From: Lysobacteraceae bacterium
Lineage (GTDB): Bacteria; Pseudomonadota; Gammaproteobacteria; Xanthomonadales; Xanthomonadaceae
DNA: 64,000 nucleotides
Reading direction: 5' to 3'
Assembly: GCA_035539135.1 (NCBI GenBank)
Contig: DATLJD010000009.1
Location: 85,322-149,321, forward strand
Below the pieces are notes generated by a model. The model saw only the letters and a list, made by a program, of their open reading frames with translations. It did not search any database and had not been told where the DNA came from. Each line of letters starts with the position of its first letter. The first letter of the stretch is position 1. This document shows positions 52,954 to 62,669 of the stretch, piece by piece. Position numbers and translations under genes: made by a program.

Positions 52954-53907
52954 TCAGTGCTGGACCAGCAACAGCTCGAACGCCAGCCAGGCGACGAAGG
53001 CGACGAGCAGGACGCCGCCTTCGGTGCGGCTGACCCGCAGGTCGCCGCGCAGCATCGGGTACAGCACCAGCGCGAACGCCAGCGCGGCCGGCAGTTCGAA
53101 ACGGACGAAAGATTGCGGCAGCGGCACGTCACGGAACGCGGCCATGCCGCCGAGCACCACCAGCAGGTTGAACACGCTGGAACCGATCACGTGGCCGGCG
53201 ACCATGTCGCCCTGCCCGCGCCGCGCCGCGGCCACGGCGGCGAACACCTCGGGCAGCGCCGTGCCGATCGCGACCACGATCAGGCCCGACAGCAGCGGCG
53301 CCAGGCCGAGCGCCGCGCCCAGCACCGGCGCGTGCTGCACCACCAGGCGCGCGCCGAAGTACAGCAGCACCGCCGCCAGCACGAAGCGCAGCAGGTTGAG
53401 CCCGAGCCCGGTGCGGGTCGCGCCGAACGCGGCCACGCCTTCGCGCACCTGGTCGCTCTCGCGCCGGCTGCGCGCGAGCATCCACGCGAACACCGCGACG
53501 AACAGGGCGAGCAGCAGCAGGCCGTCCAGCCGGCCGAGCGCGCCGTCCAGGCCGAGCCCGATCACCAGCACGCTGGCCACCACGAAGCACAGCAGCAGCG
53601 GCGCCAGCGAACGCCAGCGCACCAGCAGCGGCGCGGCCAGCGCGGCGGCGCCGAGCGTCAGGCCGAAGTTGACGACGTTGCTGCCGACCGCGTTGCCCAG
53701 CGCCAGCGCCTGGCTGCCGACCCAGGCCGCGCGCGCGTTGACCGCCAGCTCCGGCAGCGAGGTGCCGAACGCGACCAGCACCACGCCGGCCGCCAGCGGC
53801 GACAGGCCGAAGCGCTGGGCCAGCCCGGACGCGCCCTTGACGATGGAATCGCCGCCCAGCGCCAGCAGCAGCAGGCCGAGGAGGAAGAAGCCGAACGCAG
53901 CCGCCAT
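52954..53907 (-). CDS. CaCA-family Ca2+/Na+ (cation) antiporter, YrbG-like
   Basis: Duplicated alpha-repeats GTSLPELAV and GTALPEVFA with GNAVGSNVVN / GHVIGSSVFN. Confidence 0.88.
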   Translation of the reverse strand: MAAAFGFFLLGLLLLALGGDSIVKGASGLAQRFGLSPLAAGVVLVAFGTSLPELAVNARAAWVGSQALALGNAVGSNVVNFGLTLGAAALAAPLLVRWRSLAPLLLCFVVASVLVIGLGLDGALGRLDGLLLLALFVAVFAWMLARSRRESDQVREGVAAFGATRTGLGLNLLRFVLAAVLLYFGARLVVQHAPVLGAALGLAPLLSGLIVVAIGTALPEVFAAVAAARRGQGDMVAGHVIGSSVFNLLVVLGGMAAFRDVPLPQSFVRFELPAALAFALVLYPMLRGDLRVSRTEGGVLLVAFVAWLAFELLLVQH

Positions 53908-53988
53908 GTCGCGTCTCCAGCCGGGACTCGGGCGATTCTAGGCGCGGCCGGCGGGGGAATGCGTGCAGGCCGCCGGGCGGCCGCGGCG

Positions 53989-54630
53989 CTACGAACAGCC
54001 TTCGACGTAGTCCACCTGCGGCGGCAGGCCGACCCGCCACGCGCTCACCCGGCCGTCGGCGCCGGTTTCGAACACCAGCACGGTGCCGCCCTGCAGTGGT
54101 ACCCGCAGCACGCGGCCTTCGGGCACGTACTTGTGCGGCTGCTGCTGCGCGCCGGGGTACAGCGCGCGCACGGCATTCGCGTCCATGCCGATGCGCCCGC
54201 CGCCGGGCGCCGCGATCGCGGCGTTGCCCTGGCCCACGTCGTAGCGCACGAAGCGCCCGCCTTCCAGCATGAAGGCCAGCACCGCCGGCGCCGCCTGGCC
54301 TTCGGGGCTCAGGTAACGGCAGGCCTCGCCTTCGCCGAGCCCCTGCAGCGCCGGCCCGTCCCAGGCCGCGCGCAGCGCCGGCTCGTCCATGCCGAACCGC
54401 AGCGCCGCGTAGCCGTTCGCGTGCGCGGGGGAGGCGGCGTCGCCTTCGCCAGCATCGCCGCGCGCGGGCGCATCGCGTGCGGGGCGTTCGATGTCGGCAA
54501 CGGCCGGCGCCGCCGCGTCCGCGGGCGTCGCGGCCTCGCCTTCCTCCGTCGCCGGCGGGCCGTCGGCCTCCGGCACACGCGCGCAGGCGACCAGCAACAG
54601 CAGCGCGGGCAACAGGGGCGAGGCACGCAT
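53989..54630 (-). CDS. lipoprotein of unknown function
   Basis: Lipobox LLLVAC after MRASPLLPALL, an acidic low-complexity linker, and a C-terminal globular part. Start is ATG 54630. Confidence 0.65.
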   Translation of the reverse strand: MRASPLLPALLLLVACARVPEADGPPATEEGEAATPADAAAPAVADIERPARDAPARGDAGEGDAASPAHANGYAALRFGMDEPALRAAWDGPALQGLGEGEACRYLSPEGQAAPAVLAFMLEGGRFVRYDVGQGNAAIAAPGGGRIGMDANAVRALYPGAQQQPHKYVPEGRVLRVPLQGGTVLVFETGADGRVSAWRVGLPPQVDYVEGCS

Positions 54631-54694
54631 GGCGATCTCGTCATCCGGCGGACGGGGCAAGGCTAGCGGCACGACGTCGACGCCACGCGAAGCC

Positions 54695-55990
54695 TCAGCC
54701 GCGGAAATGCTTGCGCAACCCGGCCCAGCAGGCCTGGTAGTCGCGCTGGCGATGCGCCGCCTGCAGCGCCTGCGCGGTCGGCCGGATCACGAAGCGGGTC
54801 TCGAACATGAAGGCCATGGTGTCGGCGATCACGTCCGGCTTCGACAGGTCGGCGGCGGACGCCTTCTCGAAGGTCGCCGCGTCCGGCCCGTGCCCGGTCA
54901 TGCAGTTGTGCAGGCTGGCGCCGCCCGGCGCGAACCCCTCGGCCTTGGCGTCGTACACGCCGTGGATCAGGCCCATGAACTCGCTGGCCACGTTGCGGTG
55001 GAACCACGGCGGGCGGAACGTGTCCTGCGCCACCAGCCAGCGCGGCGGGAAGATCGCGAGGTCCATGTTGCCCACGCCCGGGGTGTCGCTGGGCGATGTC
55101 AGCACCAGGAAGATCGAAGGATCCGGGTGGTCGTAGCTGATCGAGCCGATCGTGTTGAAGCGGCGCAGGTCGTACTTGTACGGCGCGTAGTTGCCGTGCC
55201 AGGCGACCACGTCCAGCGGCGAGTGGTCGATGTCCGCGCGCCACAGGTGGCCCTGGAACTTGGCGACCAGCTCGAACGCGCCCTCGCGGTCCTCGAAGGC
55301 CGCGTTCGGCGCCAGGAAGTCGCGCGGGTTGGCCAGGCCGTTGCTGCCGATCGGGCCGAGGTCGGGCAGGCGCAGCAGCGCGCCGAAGTTCTCGCACACG
55401 TAGCCGCGCGCCTCGCCGTCCGGCAGCCCGACGCGGAAGCGCACGCCGCGCGGGATCACTGCGATCTCCTGCGGCTCCACGTCGAGCACGCCGAGTTCGG
55501 TCTCCACGTGCAGGCGGCCGAGCTGCGGCACGATCAGCAACTCGCCGTCGGCGCTGTAGAAGAAACGATCCCGCATGTCGCGATTGGCCGCGTACAGGTG
55601 GATGCCGACGCCGGCGCCGCCCGCCGGGCCGCCGTTGCCGCCCATCGTGAACAGCCCCTCGACGAAGTCGGTGGGCGCCTGCGGCAGCGGCAGCGGACTC
55701 CAGCGCAACTGGTCGGGGCTCACCGGACCGCTGCCGAAGTCGTTGTGGAAGCAAGGCTGCGCGAACGGCGCGAACGCACCATGCATCGCCGCCGGCCGGA
55801 TCCGGTACAGCCAGCTGCGCCGGTTGGCGTGGCGCGGCGCGGTGAAGGCGGTGCCCGACAGCTGCTCCGCGTACAGCCCGTGCGCGACGCGCTGCGGCGA
55901 ATTGCGGCCCACCGGCAGCGCGCCGGCGACCGCCTCGGTCGCGAACTCGTTGCCGAAGCCCGACTGATATCCGGTGCTCTCGATGCTCAT
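54695..55990 (-). CDS. hmgA: homogentisate 1,2-dioxygenase
   Basis: [22 protein letters not shown]...[13 protein letters not shown], and HRN..SEFMGL. Confidence 0.95.
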   Translation of the reverse strand: MSIESTGYQSGFGNEFATEAVAGALPVGRNSPQRVAHGLYAEQLSGTAFTAPRHANRRSWLYRIRPAAMHGAFAPFAQPCFHNDFGSGPVSPDQLRWSPLPLPQAPTDFVEGLFTMGGNGGPAGGAGVGIHLYAANRDMRDRFFYSADGELLIVPQLGRLHVETELGVLDVEPQEIAVIPRGVRFRVGLPDGEARGYVCENFGALLRLPDLGPIGSNGLANPRDFLAPNAAFEDREGAFELVAKFQGHLWRADIDHSPLDVVAWHGNYAPYKYDLRRFNTIGSISYDHPDPSIFLVLTSPSDTPGVGNMDLAIFPPRWLVAQDTFRPPWFHRNVASEFMGLIHGVYDAKAEGFAPGGASLHNCMTGHGPDAATFEKASAADLSKPDVIADTMAFMFETRFVIRPTAQALQAAHRQRDYQACWAGLRKHFRG

Positions 55991-56062
55991 GCGCGATTCC
56001 CGTGAGGCGGCCGCGTGCCGCCGGCTGGCTTGTCGGAGTGGTGTCGCCCGCGCGGCAATCCG

Positions 56063-57139
56063 TCAGAGCACGCCGCGCTTCATCTGGTCGCGCTCGATGC
56101 TCTCGAACAGCGCCTGGAAGTTGCCCTCGCCGAAACCCTCGTTGCCCTTGCGCTGGATGATCTCGAAGAAGATCGGGCCGAACGCGTTCTGGGTGAAGAT
56201 CTGCAGCAGCTTGCGCGACTTCGTCTCCATGTCGGCATCGATCAGGATCTTGTTGCGCGCCAGCCGCGGCACGTCCTCGCCGTGGTTGGGCACGCGCTGG
56301 TCGATCACCTCGAAGTACGTGTCCGGGGTATCAAGGAATTCGATGCCCGCGGCGCGCATCTTCTCCACCGTCTCGTAGATGTCGTCGGTGAACAACGCGA
56401 TGTGCTGGATGCCCTCGCCCTTGTAGTCGCGCAGGTACTCGTTGATCTGGCTCTTCTCGTCGCTGGACTCGTTGAGCGGGATGCGCACCACGCCGTCCGG
56501 CGCGGTCATCGCCTTGGACAGCAGGCCGGTCTTGGCGCCCTTGATGTCGAAGTAGCGGATCTCGCGGAAGTTGAACAGCTTCTCGTAGTAGTCCGACCAC
56601 TTCTGCATGTTGCCGAGGAACAGGTTGTGGGTCAGGTGGTCGATGAAGGTCAGCCCGAAGCCCTTCGGGTGCTGGTCCACGCCGGGAAACGGGACATAGT
56701 CGGCGTACAGGTCCGCGCGCGCGTCGTCCACCAGGTACAGCATGCAGTCGCCGATGCCCTTGATCTTGAGGCTGTCCACCGCGCCCGTGGCCGGGACTTC
56801 CTCGCCGCCGTTGGCCAGCACGTGCGCCAGCACCTCGTCGGTCGGCTTGCGGAAACGGATCGCGAAGCCGCAGGCGGACGGGCCGTGCTGGGCGGCGAAT
56901 TCCGAGGCGAAGGAACCGGCCGACTCGTTGAGCAGGAAGTTGATCGTGCCCTGGCGGTACAGGGTGATCGCGCGGTCCTTGTGCTTCGCCACCGCGGTGA
57001 AGCCGAGCTTCTCCAGGTAGTCGCGCATCGCCGGGCCCTGGCCGGCCGGGGCGGCGAATTCGACGAACTCAAAGCCGTTGATGCCCATCGGGTTCTCGAA
57101 GGTGGTGACCTGCATGCCGAGGTTGGGCTGCGCGTTCAT
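56063..57139 (-). CDS. hppD: 4-hydroxyphenylpyruvate dioxygenase
   Basis: FEFVEF, IDHLTHN, GEGIQHIAL, and FFEIIQRKG..GFGEGNFQALFESIE. Start is ATG 57139. Confidence 0.95.
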   Translation of the reverse strand: MNAQPNLGMQVTTFENPMGINGFEFVEFAAPAGQGPAMRDYLEKLGFTAVAKHKDRAITLYRQGTINFLLNESAGSFASEFAAQHGPSACGFAIRFRKPTDEVLAHVLANGGEEVPATGAVDSLKIKGIGDCMLYLVDDARADLYADYVPFPGVDQHPKGFGLTFIDHLTHNLFLGNMQKWSDYYEKLFNFREIRYFDIKGAKTGLLSKAMTAPDGVVRIPLNESSDEKSQINEYLRDYKGEGIQHIALFTDDIYETVEKMRAAGIEFLDTPDTYFEVIDQRVPNHGEDVPRLARNKILIDADMETKSRKLLQIFTQNAFGPIFFEIIQRKGNEGFGEGNFQALFESIERDQMKRGVL

Positions 57140-57205
57140 GGGGCGGCTCCTGCGATCCGGGCGCGCCACGGGGCGGCGCGCATGAAGGGGAATGCGGCTA
57201 AGATA

Positions 57206-57219
57206 GTTTCACCTGAAAC
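57206..57219. promoter_or_regulatory. perfect palindrome GTTTCA-CC-TGAAAC in the hppD/marR divergent spacer (candidate MarR operator)
   Basis: Read directly. It lies 17 nt upstream of the marR-family ATG (57237) and 67 nt upstream of the hppD ATG. Confidence 0.4.
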
Positions 57220-57236
57220 CAGTTGCAAGCCGACCC

Positions 57237-57716
57237 ATGCCCCGCCGCCGCGCGACCCTGGACCTCGAGCGCTTCCTGCCCTACCGCCTGTCGGTGCTCA
57301 GCAACCGCATCAGCGGCGCGATCGCGGCGGTCTATTCCGAGCGCTTCGCGCTCGGCGTTACCGAGTGGCGGGTGATGGCGGTGCTGGGCCGCTCGTCCGG
57401 GCTGTCCGCCAGCGAAGTCGCGCGGCGCACGGCGATGGACAAGGTCGCGGTCAGCCGCGCGGTCGCGCGCCTGCTCGCCGACGGCCGCCTGCTGCGCGAA
57501 ATGCACGACGGCGACCGCCGCCGCTCGGTGCTGCGGCTGTCGCCGGACGGCGAGGCGATCTACGCGCAGGTCGCGCCGCTGGCGCTGGCCTTCGAGCGGC
57601 AACTGCTCGACGGCATGGACGGCGAGGAGCGTGCGCTGCTGTTCCGCCTGCTGGACCGGCTCGACGAGCTGGAACTGCGCGCCGAGTCGGGCGCGAAAAG
57701 CGGAACGGCGGCCTGA
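57237..57716 (+). CDS. MarR-family transcriptional regulator
   Basis: The winged-helix core GVTEWRVMAVLG...LSASEVARRTAMDKVAVSRAVARLLADGRL is typical of MarR. It is divergent from hppD-hmgA. Confidence 0.88.
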   Translation: MPRRRATLDLERFLPYRLSVLSNRISGAIAAVYSERFALGVTEWRVMAVLGRSSGLSASEVARRTAMDKVAVSRAVARLLADGRLLREMHDGDRRRSVLRLSPDGEAIYAQVAPLALAFERQLLDGMDGEERALLFRLLDRLDELELRAESGAKSGTAA

Positions 57717-57737
57717 GCCGCCGTTTCGCCGGACCGG

Positions 57738-57757
57738 TGCGCGCCGCGGGGCGCGCA
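57738..57757. terminator. hairpin between convergent marR-family and POT genes
   Basis: TGCGCGCC-GCGG-GGCGCGCA forms an 8-bp perfect stem. Confidence 0.45.
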
Positions 57758-57765
57758 GCGACGCC

Positions 57766-59277
57766 TTACTTCACCCCGTGCATCAGCCGGTTGATCAGCG
57801 GCGCGATCAGGAACAGCAGCACGCCGGCGCCGATCAGCACCCAGAACCCGAAGGTGTAACCGGCCTGCGCGGACGCCACCGTCATGCCGCCTTCGCCGCT
57901 GACGCTGCTGGCGAAGATGCCCGAGAGGTTGTTGCCGATCGCGGTGGACAGGAACCAACCGCCCATGCCGAAGCCGACCAGGCGCACCGGCGCCAGCTTG
58001 GTCACCATGGACAGGCCGATCGGCGACAGGCACAGCTCGCCCACCGACTGGATCACGTAGACCATGAACAGCGTCCAGAACGGGATCTTGCCGGCGTCGT
58101 TGACCAGCGAGGACAGCGCGAACATCAGCAGCAGGAAGGCCAAGCCGTTGAAGATGATGCCGAGCCCGAACTTGCGCGGGATCGACGGGTTGGCGCTCCC
58201 CATGCGCACCCAGATCCAGGCGATCACCGGCGCCAGGGTGATGATCGCCAGCGAGTTCACCGACTGGAACCAGCCCACCGGGAAGGTCCAGCCGCCGAAG
58301 TCGCGGTTGACGATGTTCTGCGCGAGGAAGTTGAACGAACTGCCGGCCTGTTCGAAGAACATCCAGAACAGCACGTTGAACACGAAGATGATCAGCATCG
58401 CGATCGCCTTGTCGCGGGCGACCGCGCCGCTGCCGAAGCCCTCGCGCAGGATCAGCACGCACAGCGCGACGAACAGCGCGCTGAGCAGCCACTGCAGCGC
58501 GGCGGCGTCGATGGCGAGCAGGAAGTAGATCGCCGGGATCGCCAGCAGCACGCCCAGCGCCACCAGCAGCAGCCGGCCCGTGCCCTCGCTCCCCTGCGCA
58601 GGGCGTCCGATGCCTTGCAGCTGGGCGCGACCAAACCAGAACCACACCAGGCTGATCACCATGCCGATGCCGGATGCAATGAACACCGCCTTGTAGGCCG
58701 GCATCTCCGGCGAGCCGCCGAACATGCGCTCGGCGAGGAAGCCGGTCAGCAGCGGCGCGACCAGCGCGCCGGCGTTGATCCCCATGTAGAACAAGGTGAA
58801 GCCGGAATCGCGACGCCCGTCGCCCTGCGCATAGAGCTGGCCCACCATGGTGGAAATGTTGGGCTTGAACAGGCCGTTGCCGGCGATGATCGTGGCGAGG
58901 CCGATGTGGAAGACCGTCTGGTTGGGCACCATGATCAGGAACAGGCCAGACGCCATCACCACCGCGCCGAGCAGGATCGAACGCTGGTAGCCGATCACCC
59001 GGTCGGCGACGTAGCCGCCGAACAGCGCCGCCGCGTACACCAGCGCGAGGTAGGCGCCGTAGAGCCGGCTGGCCGGCGCCTCGCCGGCGGCGTCGCCGCC
59101 ATAGAACTGGGCCACGATGTACAGCGCGAGCGCCCAGCGCATGCCGTAGAAGGCGAAGCGCTCCCAGAACTCGGTCATGAACAGCATCCACAGGGGACGC
59201 GGGTGGCCGAGGGTCTGCGGGAAGGCTGGCGGCTGCCCGCCGCCGGCGGAGGCGCCATCGCGCATGGGCGGTCCCAT
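57766..59277 (-). CDS. POT/PTR2-family peptide:H+ symporter (second, DtpT-like paralog)
   Basis: TEFWERFAFYGMRWALALY, GGYVADRVIGYQRSILLG, and GNGLFKPN. The start is ATG 59277 or 59265; the rest of track ORF 57766..61548 is shadow. Confidence 0.88.
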   Translation of the reverse strand: MGPPMRDGASAGGGQPPAFPQTLGHPRPLWMLFMTEFWERFAFYGMRWALALYIVAQFYGGDAAGEAPASRLYGAYLALVYAAALFGGYVADRVIGYQRSILLGAVVMASGLFLIMVPNQTVFHIGLATIIAGNGLFKPNISTMVGQLYAQGDGRRDSGFTLFYMGINAGALVAPLLTGFLAERMFGGSPEMPAYKAVFIASGIGMVISLVWFWFGRAQLQGIGRPAQGSEGTGRLLLVALGVLLAIPAIYFLLAIDAAALQWLLSALFVALCVLILREGFGSGAVARDKAIAMLIIFVFNVLFWMFFEQAGSSFNFLAQNIVNRDFGGWTFPVGWFQSVNSLAIITLAPVIAWIWVRMGSANPSIPRKFGLGIIFNGLAFLLLMFALSSLVNDAGKIPFWTLFMVYVIQSVGELCLSPIGLSMVTKLAPVRLVGFGMGGWFLSTAIGNNLSGIFASSVSGEGGMTVASAQAGYTFGFWVLIGAGVLLFLIAPLINRLMHGVK

Positions 59278-59462
59278 CGGCTCGGCGGCGTTCGGCGAGG
59301 TGGTGTTCAAGTCGGTATTCCCCCGTGTTGCGCGGCGCGATCGCGCCGATTTCCGCGAGGATGGCCCGCCGACGCGCGCGCCGTCAACGCGGAGTGAATT
59401 GGCACGCGCATTCAGCCGGCGGCTTGTTGCTCTGCAACATCCGTCCGCCGACGGCTGGCCGG

Positions 59463-60341
59463 TTAGCTCACGCCGGGCGCCGGCGGCGCCATCCCGATCG
59501 CCGTGCGCACCTCGAACAGCTCCGGGAAGAACGTCAGCTCCAGCGCCTGCTTGAGGAAGCCGACGCCCGAGGAGCCGCCGGTGCCGCGCTTGAAGCCGAT
59601 GATCCGCATCACCGTGCGCATGTGGCGGAAGCGCCACAGCTGGAACTGCGACTCGAGGTCGACCAGGTCCTCGCACAGGTGGTAGGCGGCCCAGTGCGAC
59701 TTCGTGTCCTCGTAGATGCGCTCGAAGGCGGGCAGCAGGTCCGGGTCGAACACGTGCGGCTTCGACCAGTCGCGCGCGAGGTGGCGCGGCGGGATCGCGT
59801 GGCCCTGCCGCGCGAGATGGGCCAGCACCTCGTCGTACAGGCTGGGCGCCTCCAGCACCGCGCGCAGCGCCGCGCTGCCTTCCGCGTCGTGCGCGAACAC
59901 CTTCAGCATCGCTGCGTTCTTGTTGCCGAGCAGGAACTCGATCGTGCGGTACTGCAGCGACTGGAAGCCGGACGAGGGCCCGAGGATGTCGCGGAATTCC
60001 ATGTATTCCGACGGCGTCAGGGTCTCCAGCACCGACCACATGTCGGTCATCTGCCGCAGCACGATCTTGCAGCGGGCGAAGATCTTCTGGCAGGGATCGA
60101 GCTGGTCGCGGCGCAGATGGCCGACCGCGGCCGAGAGCTCGTGGATGAGCAGCTTCATCCACAGCTCGGAGACCTGGTGCTGGACGATGAACAGCATTTC
60201 GTCGTGGTGCGGCGGCGAGGACAGCGGCTGCTGGGCCGACAGCAGCCGGTCCAGGCGCAGGTAGCCGCCGTAGGTGACCCGGCCGGCGAGGTCGGTGTGG
60301 ATGTCCGCCTCGAGCGGGCGCTGGTTGTCCTGGATCGTCAT
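59463..60341 (-). CDS. kynA: tryptophan 2,3-dioxygenase
   Basis: [40 protein letters not shown], and WRF.H...V.R.IG.K.GTGGSSG. Confidence 0.93.
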   Translation of the reverse strand: MTIQDNQRPLEADIHTDLAGRVTYGGYLRLDRLLSAQQPLSSPPHHDEMLFIVQHQVSELWMKLLIHELSAAVGHLRRDQLDPCQKIFARCKIVLRQMTDMWSVLETLTPSEYMEFRDILGPSSGFQSLQYRTIEFLLGNKNAAMLKVFAHDAEGSAALRAVLEAPSLYDEVLAHLARQGHAIPPRHLARDWSKPHVFDPDLLPAFERIYEDTKSHWAAYHLCEDLVDLESQFQLWRFRHMRTVMRIIGFKRGTGGSSGVGFLKQALELTFFPELFEVRTAIGMAPPAPGVS

Positions 60342-60465
60342 GCCGGGATTCTACGGCGCGCGGGGCCCCGGCCGCGGCCCGTGCGCCCCCGTATGCCGGG
60401 CCCGCCGGGGCGGCCGGACGCGGCCGCTTGGTATCATGGCGGTCTTGCCGCAAGAGAACGTCCGG

Positions 60466-61536
60466 ATGAGCATCGCCGCCCAGTTCGAGATCGAATACCT
60501 GCAGTACCTCGGCCCCGACGGTACCCCCGTCGCCGAGCTCCCCAAGGCCTTCCGCGACCCGAAGGCGCTGGTCCCGCTGTTCAAGCAGATGCTGTTCGTG
60601 CGCGTGTTCGACGGCAAGGCGATCGCGCTGCAGCGGACCGGCAAGCTCGGCACCTACGCCGCCAGCCTCGGCCACGAGGCGACCCACGTCGGCATCGGCG
60701 CCTCGATGCAGCCCGAGGACGTGTTCGCGCCCAGCTACCGCGAGTACGGCGCGCAGTTCATGCGCGGCGTGCGCCCGCGCGAGGTGCTGATGTACTGGGG
60801 CGGCGACGAGCGCGGCAACGACTTCGCCGGTCCCAAGAACGACTACCCGTGGTGCGTGCCGATCTCGACCCAGTGCCTGATGGCCTCGGGCGCCGCGCTC
60901 AGCTTCAAGCTGCGCAAGCAGCCGCGCGTGGCGGTCGCCTGCTGCGGCGACGGCGGCTCGTCCAAGACCGACTTCTACGCGGCGGTCAACTCCGCCGGCG
61001 CCTACACCTCGCCGCTGGTGCTGTGCGTGATCAACAACGGCTGGGCGATCTCGGTGCCCCGCAAGGCGCAGACCGGCGCGCAGACCCTGGCCCAGAAGGG
61101 CCTGGCCGGCGGCCTGTACTGCCTGCAGGTGGACGGCAACGACCTGGTCGCCGTGCTGGAGGCGATGCGCCGCGCCACCGAGCGCGCGCGCAAGGGCGAG
61201 GGCGGCAGCGTGATCGAGTTCATGACCTACCGCCTGCACGACCACACCACCGCCGACGACGCCCGCCGCTACCGCGGCGAAGACGAGGTCAAGGACGCCT
61301 GGACCCGCGAGCCGTTCATCCGCCTGCGCAACTACCTGACCGCGCAGGGCGTGTGGAACGAGCAGATGGAGAAGGAGTGGGCCGAGGAGTGCGCCGCCAA
61401 GGTGGACGTGGAGATCAACGCCTACCTGGAGACGCCGGTGCAGCCGGTCGAGGCGATGTTCGACTACCTGTACGCCGAACTGCCGGCCGACCTCGAGGCG
61501 CAGCGCGCCGAGGCGATCGCGCGGGAGGGCCGCTGA
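60466..61536 (+). CDS. 2-oxoacid dehydrogenase E1 component alpha subunit (heterotetrameric, BCKDH/PDH type, TPP-binding)
   Basis: The TPP motif GDGGSSKTDFYAAVNSAG...VINNGWAIS, and YR...HTTADD. The start is ATG 60466, or 60436. Confidence 0.9.
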   Translation: MSIAAQFEIEYLQYLGPDGTPVAELPKAFRDPKALVPLFKQMLFVRVFDGKAIALQRTGKLGTYAASLGHEATHVGIGASMQPEDVFAPSYREYGAQFMRGVRPREVLMYWGGDERGNDFAGPKNDYPWCVPISTQCLMASGAALSFKLRKQPRVAVACCGDGGSSKTDFYAAVNSAGAYTSPLVLCVINNGWAISVPRKAQTGAQTLAQKGLAGGLYCLQVDGNDLVAVLEAMRRATERARKGEGGSVIEFMTYRLHDHTTADDARRYRGEDEVKDAWTREPFIRLRNYLTAQGVWNEQMEKEWAEECAAKVDVEINAYLETPVQPVEAMFDYLYAELPADLEAQRAEAIAREGR

Positions 61537-62567
61537 TGAACGCCGCAACCAAGACCAAGAACGACGCCATGACCGAAGCCAAGGCCCCCGCCGCGATCAC
61601 CCTCATCGAGGCGATCACCCAGGCGCTCGCCTACGAGATGCGCCACGACGAGCGCGTGCTGGTGCTGGGCGAGGACGTCGGCGTCAACGGCGGCGTGTTC
61701 CGCGCCACCGCCGGCCTGTCGGCCACCTTCGGCCCCGAGCGCGTGCTCGACACGCCGCTGGACGAGACCACCATCGCCGGCCTCACCGTCGGCATGGCGT
61801 CGCAGGGCCTGCGCCCGGTCGCCGAGGCGCAGTTCGACGGCTTCATGTACCCGATGGTGGACTTCATCGTCTGCCACGCCGCGCGCATGCGCTACCGCAC
61901 CCGCGGCCGCCTGACCTGCCCGATGGTGCTGCGCGTGCCGTGGGGCGGCGGCATCCGCGCGCCGGAGCACCACAGCGAGGCGAACGAGGCGATCTTCACC
62001 AACGTGCCCGGGCTGCGCGTGGTCATGCCGTCCTCGCCGCAGCGCGCCTACGGCATGCTGCTGGCCGCGATCCGCGACCCCGACCCGGTGATCTTCTTCG
62101 AGCCCAAGCGCATCTACCGCCAGTACAAGGAGCTCGTGCCCGACGACGGCGAGGCGCTGCCGCTGGACGTGTGCTACGTGCTGCGCGACGGCACCGACGT
62201 GACCCTGGTGACCTGGGGCGCGCAGGTCAAGGAAACGCTGGAAGCCGCCGACGCGCTGGCGAAGGAAGGCATCAGCGCGGAAGTCATCGACGTCGCGACG
62301 CTGACCCCGCTGGACTTCGGCACGATCGCCGAGTCGGTGCAGAAGACCGGCCGCTGCGTGATCGTGCACGAGGCGCCGCGCACCGCCGGCTTCGGCGGCG
62401 AGATCGCCGCGCGCCTGGCCGAGGAATGCATGTACGACCTGCTCGCGCCGGTCGAGCGCGTCACCGGCTACGACACCCACATTCCGCTGTTCCGGCTGGA
62501 AATGAAGTACCTGCCGGGCGTGGACAAGATCGTGGCCGCGGCCAAGCGCACCCTGGCGGCGAGTTGA
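61536..62567 (+). CDS. 2-oxoacid dehydrogenase E1 component beta subunit
   Basis: VLGEDVG..GGVFR.T.GL...FG..RV.DTPL.E, and EAQF.GF. The ATG overlaps the E1-alpha stop (TGATG). Confidence 0.92.
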   Translation: MNAATKTKNDAMTEAKAPAAITLIEAITQALAYEMRHDERVLVLGEDVGVNGGVFRATAGLSATFGPERVLDTPLDETTIAGLTVGMASQGLRPVAEAQFDGFMYPMVDFIVCHAARMRYRTRGRLTCPMVLRVPWGGGIRAPEHHSEANEAIFTNVPGLRVVMPSSPQRAYGMLLAAIRDPDPVIFFEPKRIYRQYKELVPDDGEALPLDVCYVLRDGTDVTLVTWGAQVKETLEAADALAKEGISAEVIDVATLTPLDFGTIAESVQKTGRCVIVHEAPRTAGFGGEIAARLAEECMYDLLAPVERVTGYDTHIPLFRLEMKYLPGVDKIVAAAKRTLAAS

Positions 62568-62669
62568 CCCGTCGCTCCCGCCCCGGCGGGAGCCCAGTGT
62601 GCTGACCTTCCCAACACGTCGCTGGATCCCCGACACCGCGGGGGTGACGGCAAACAAGCGAGAACGCAG

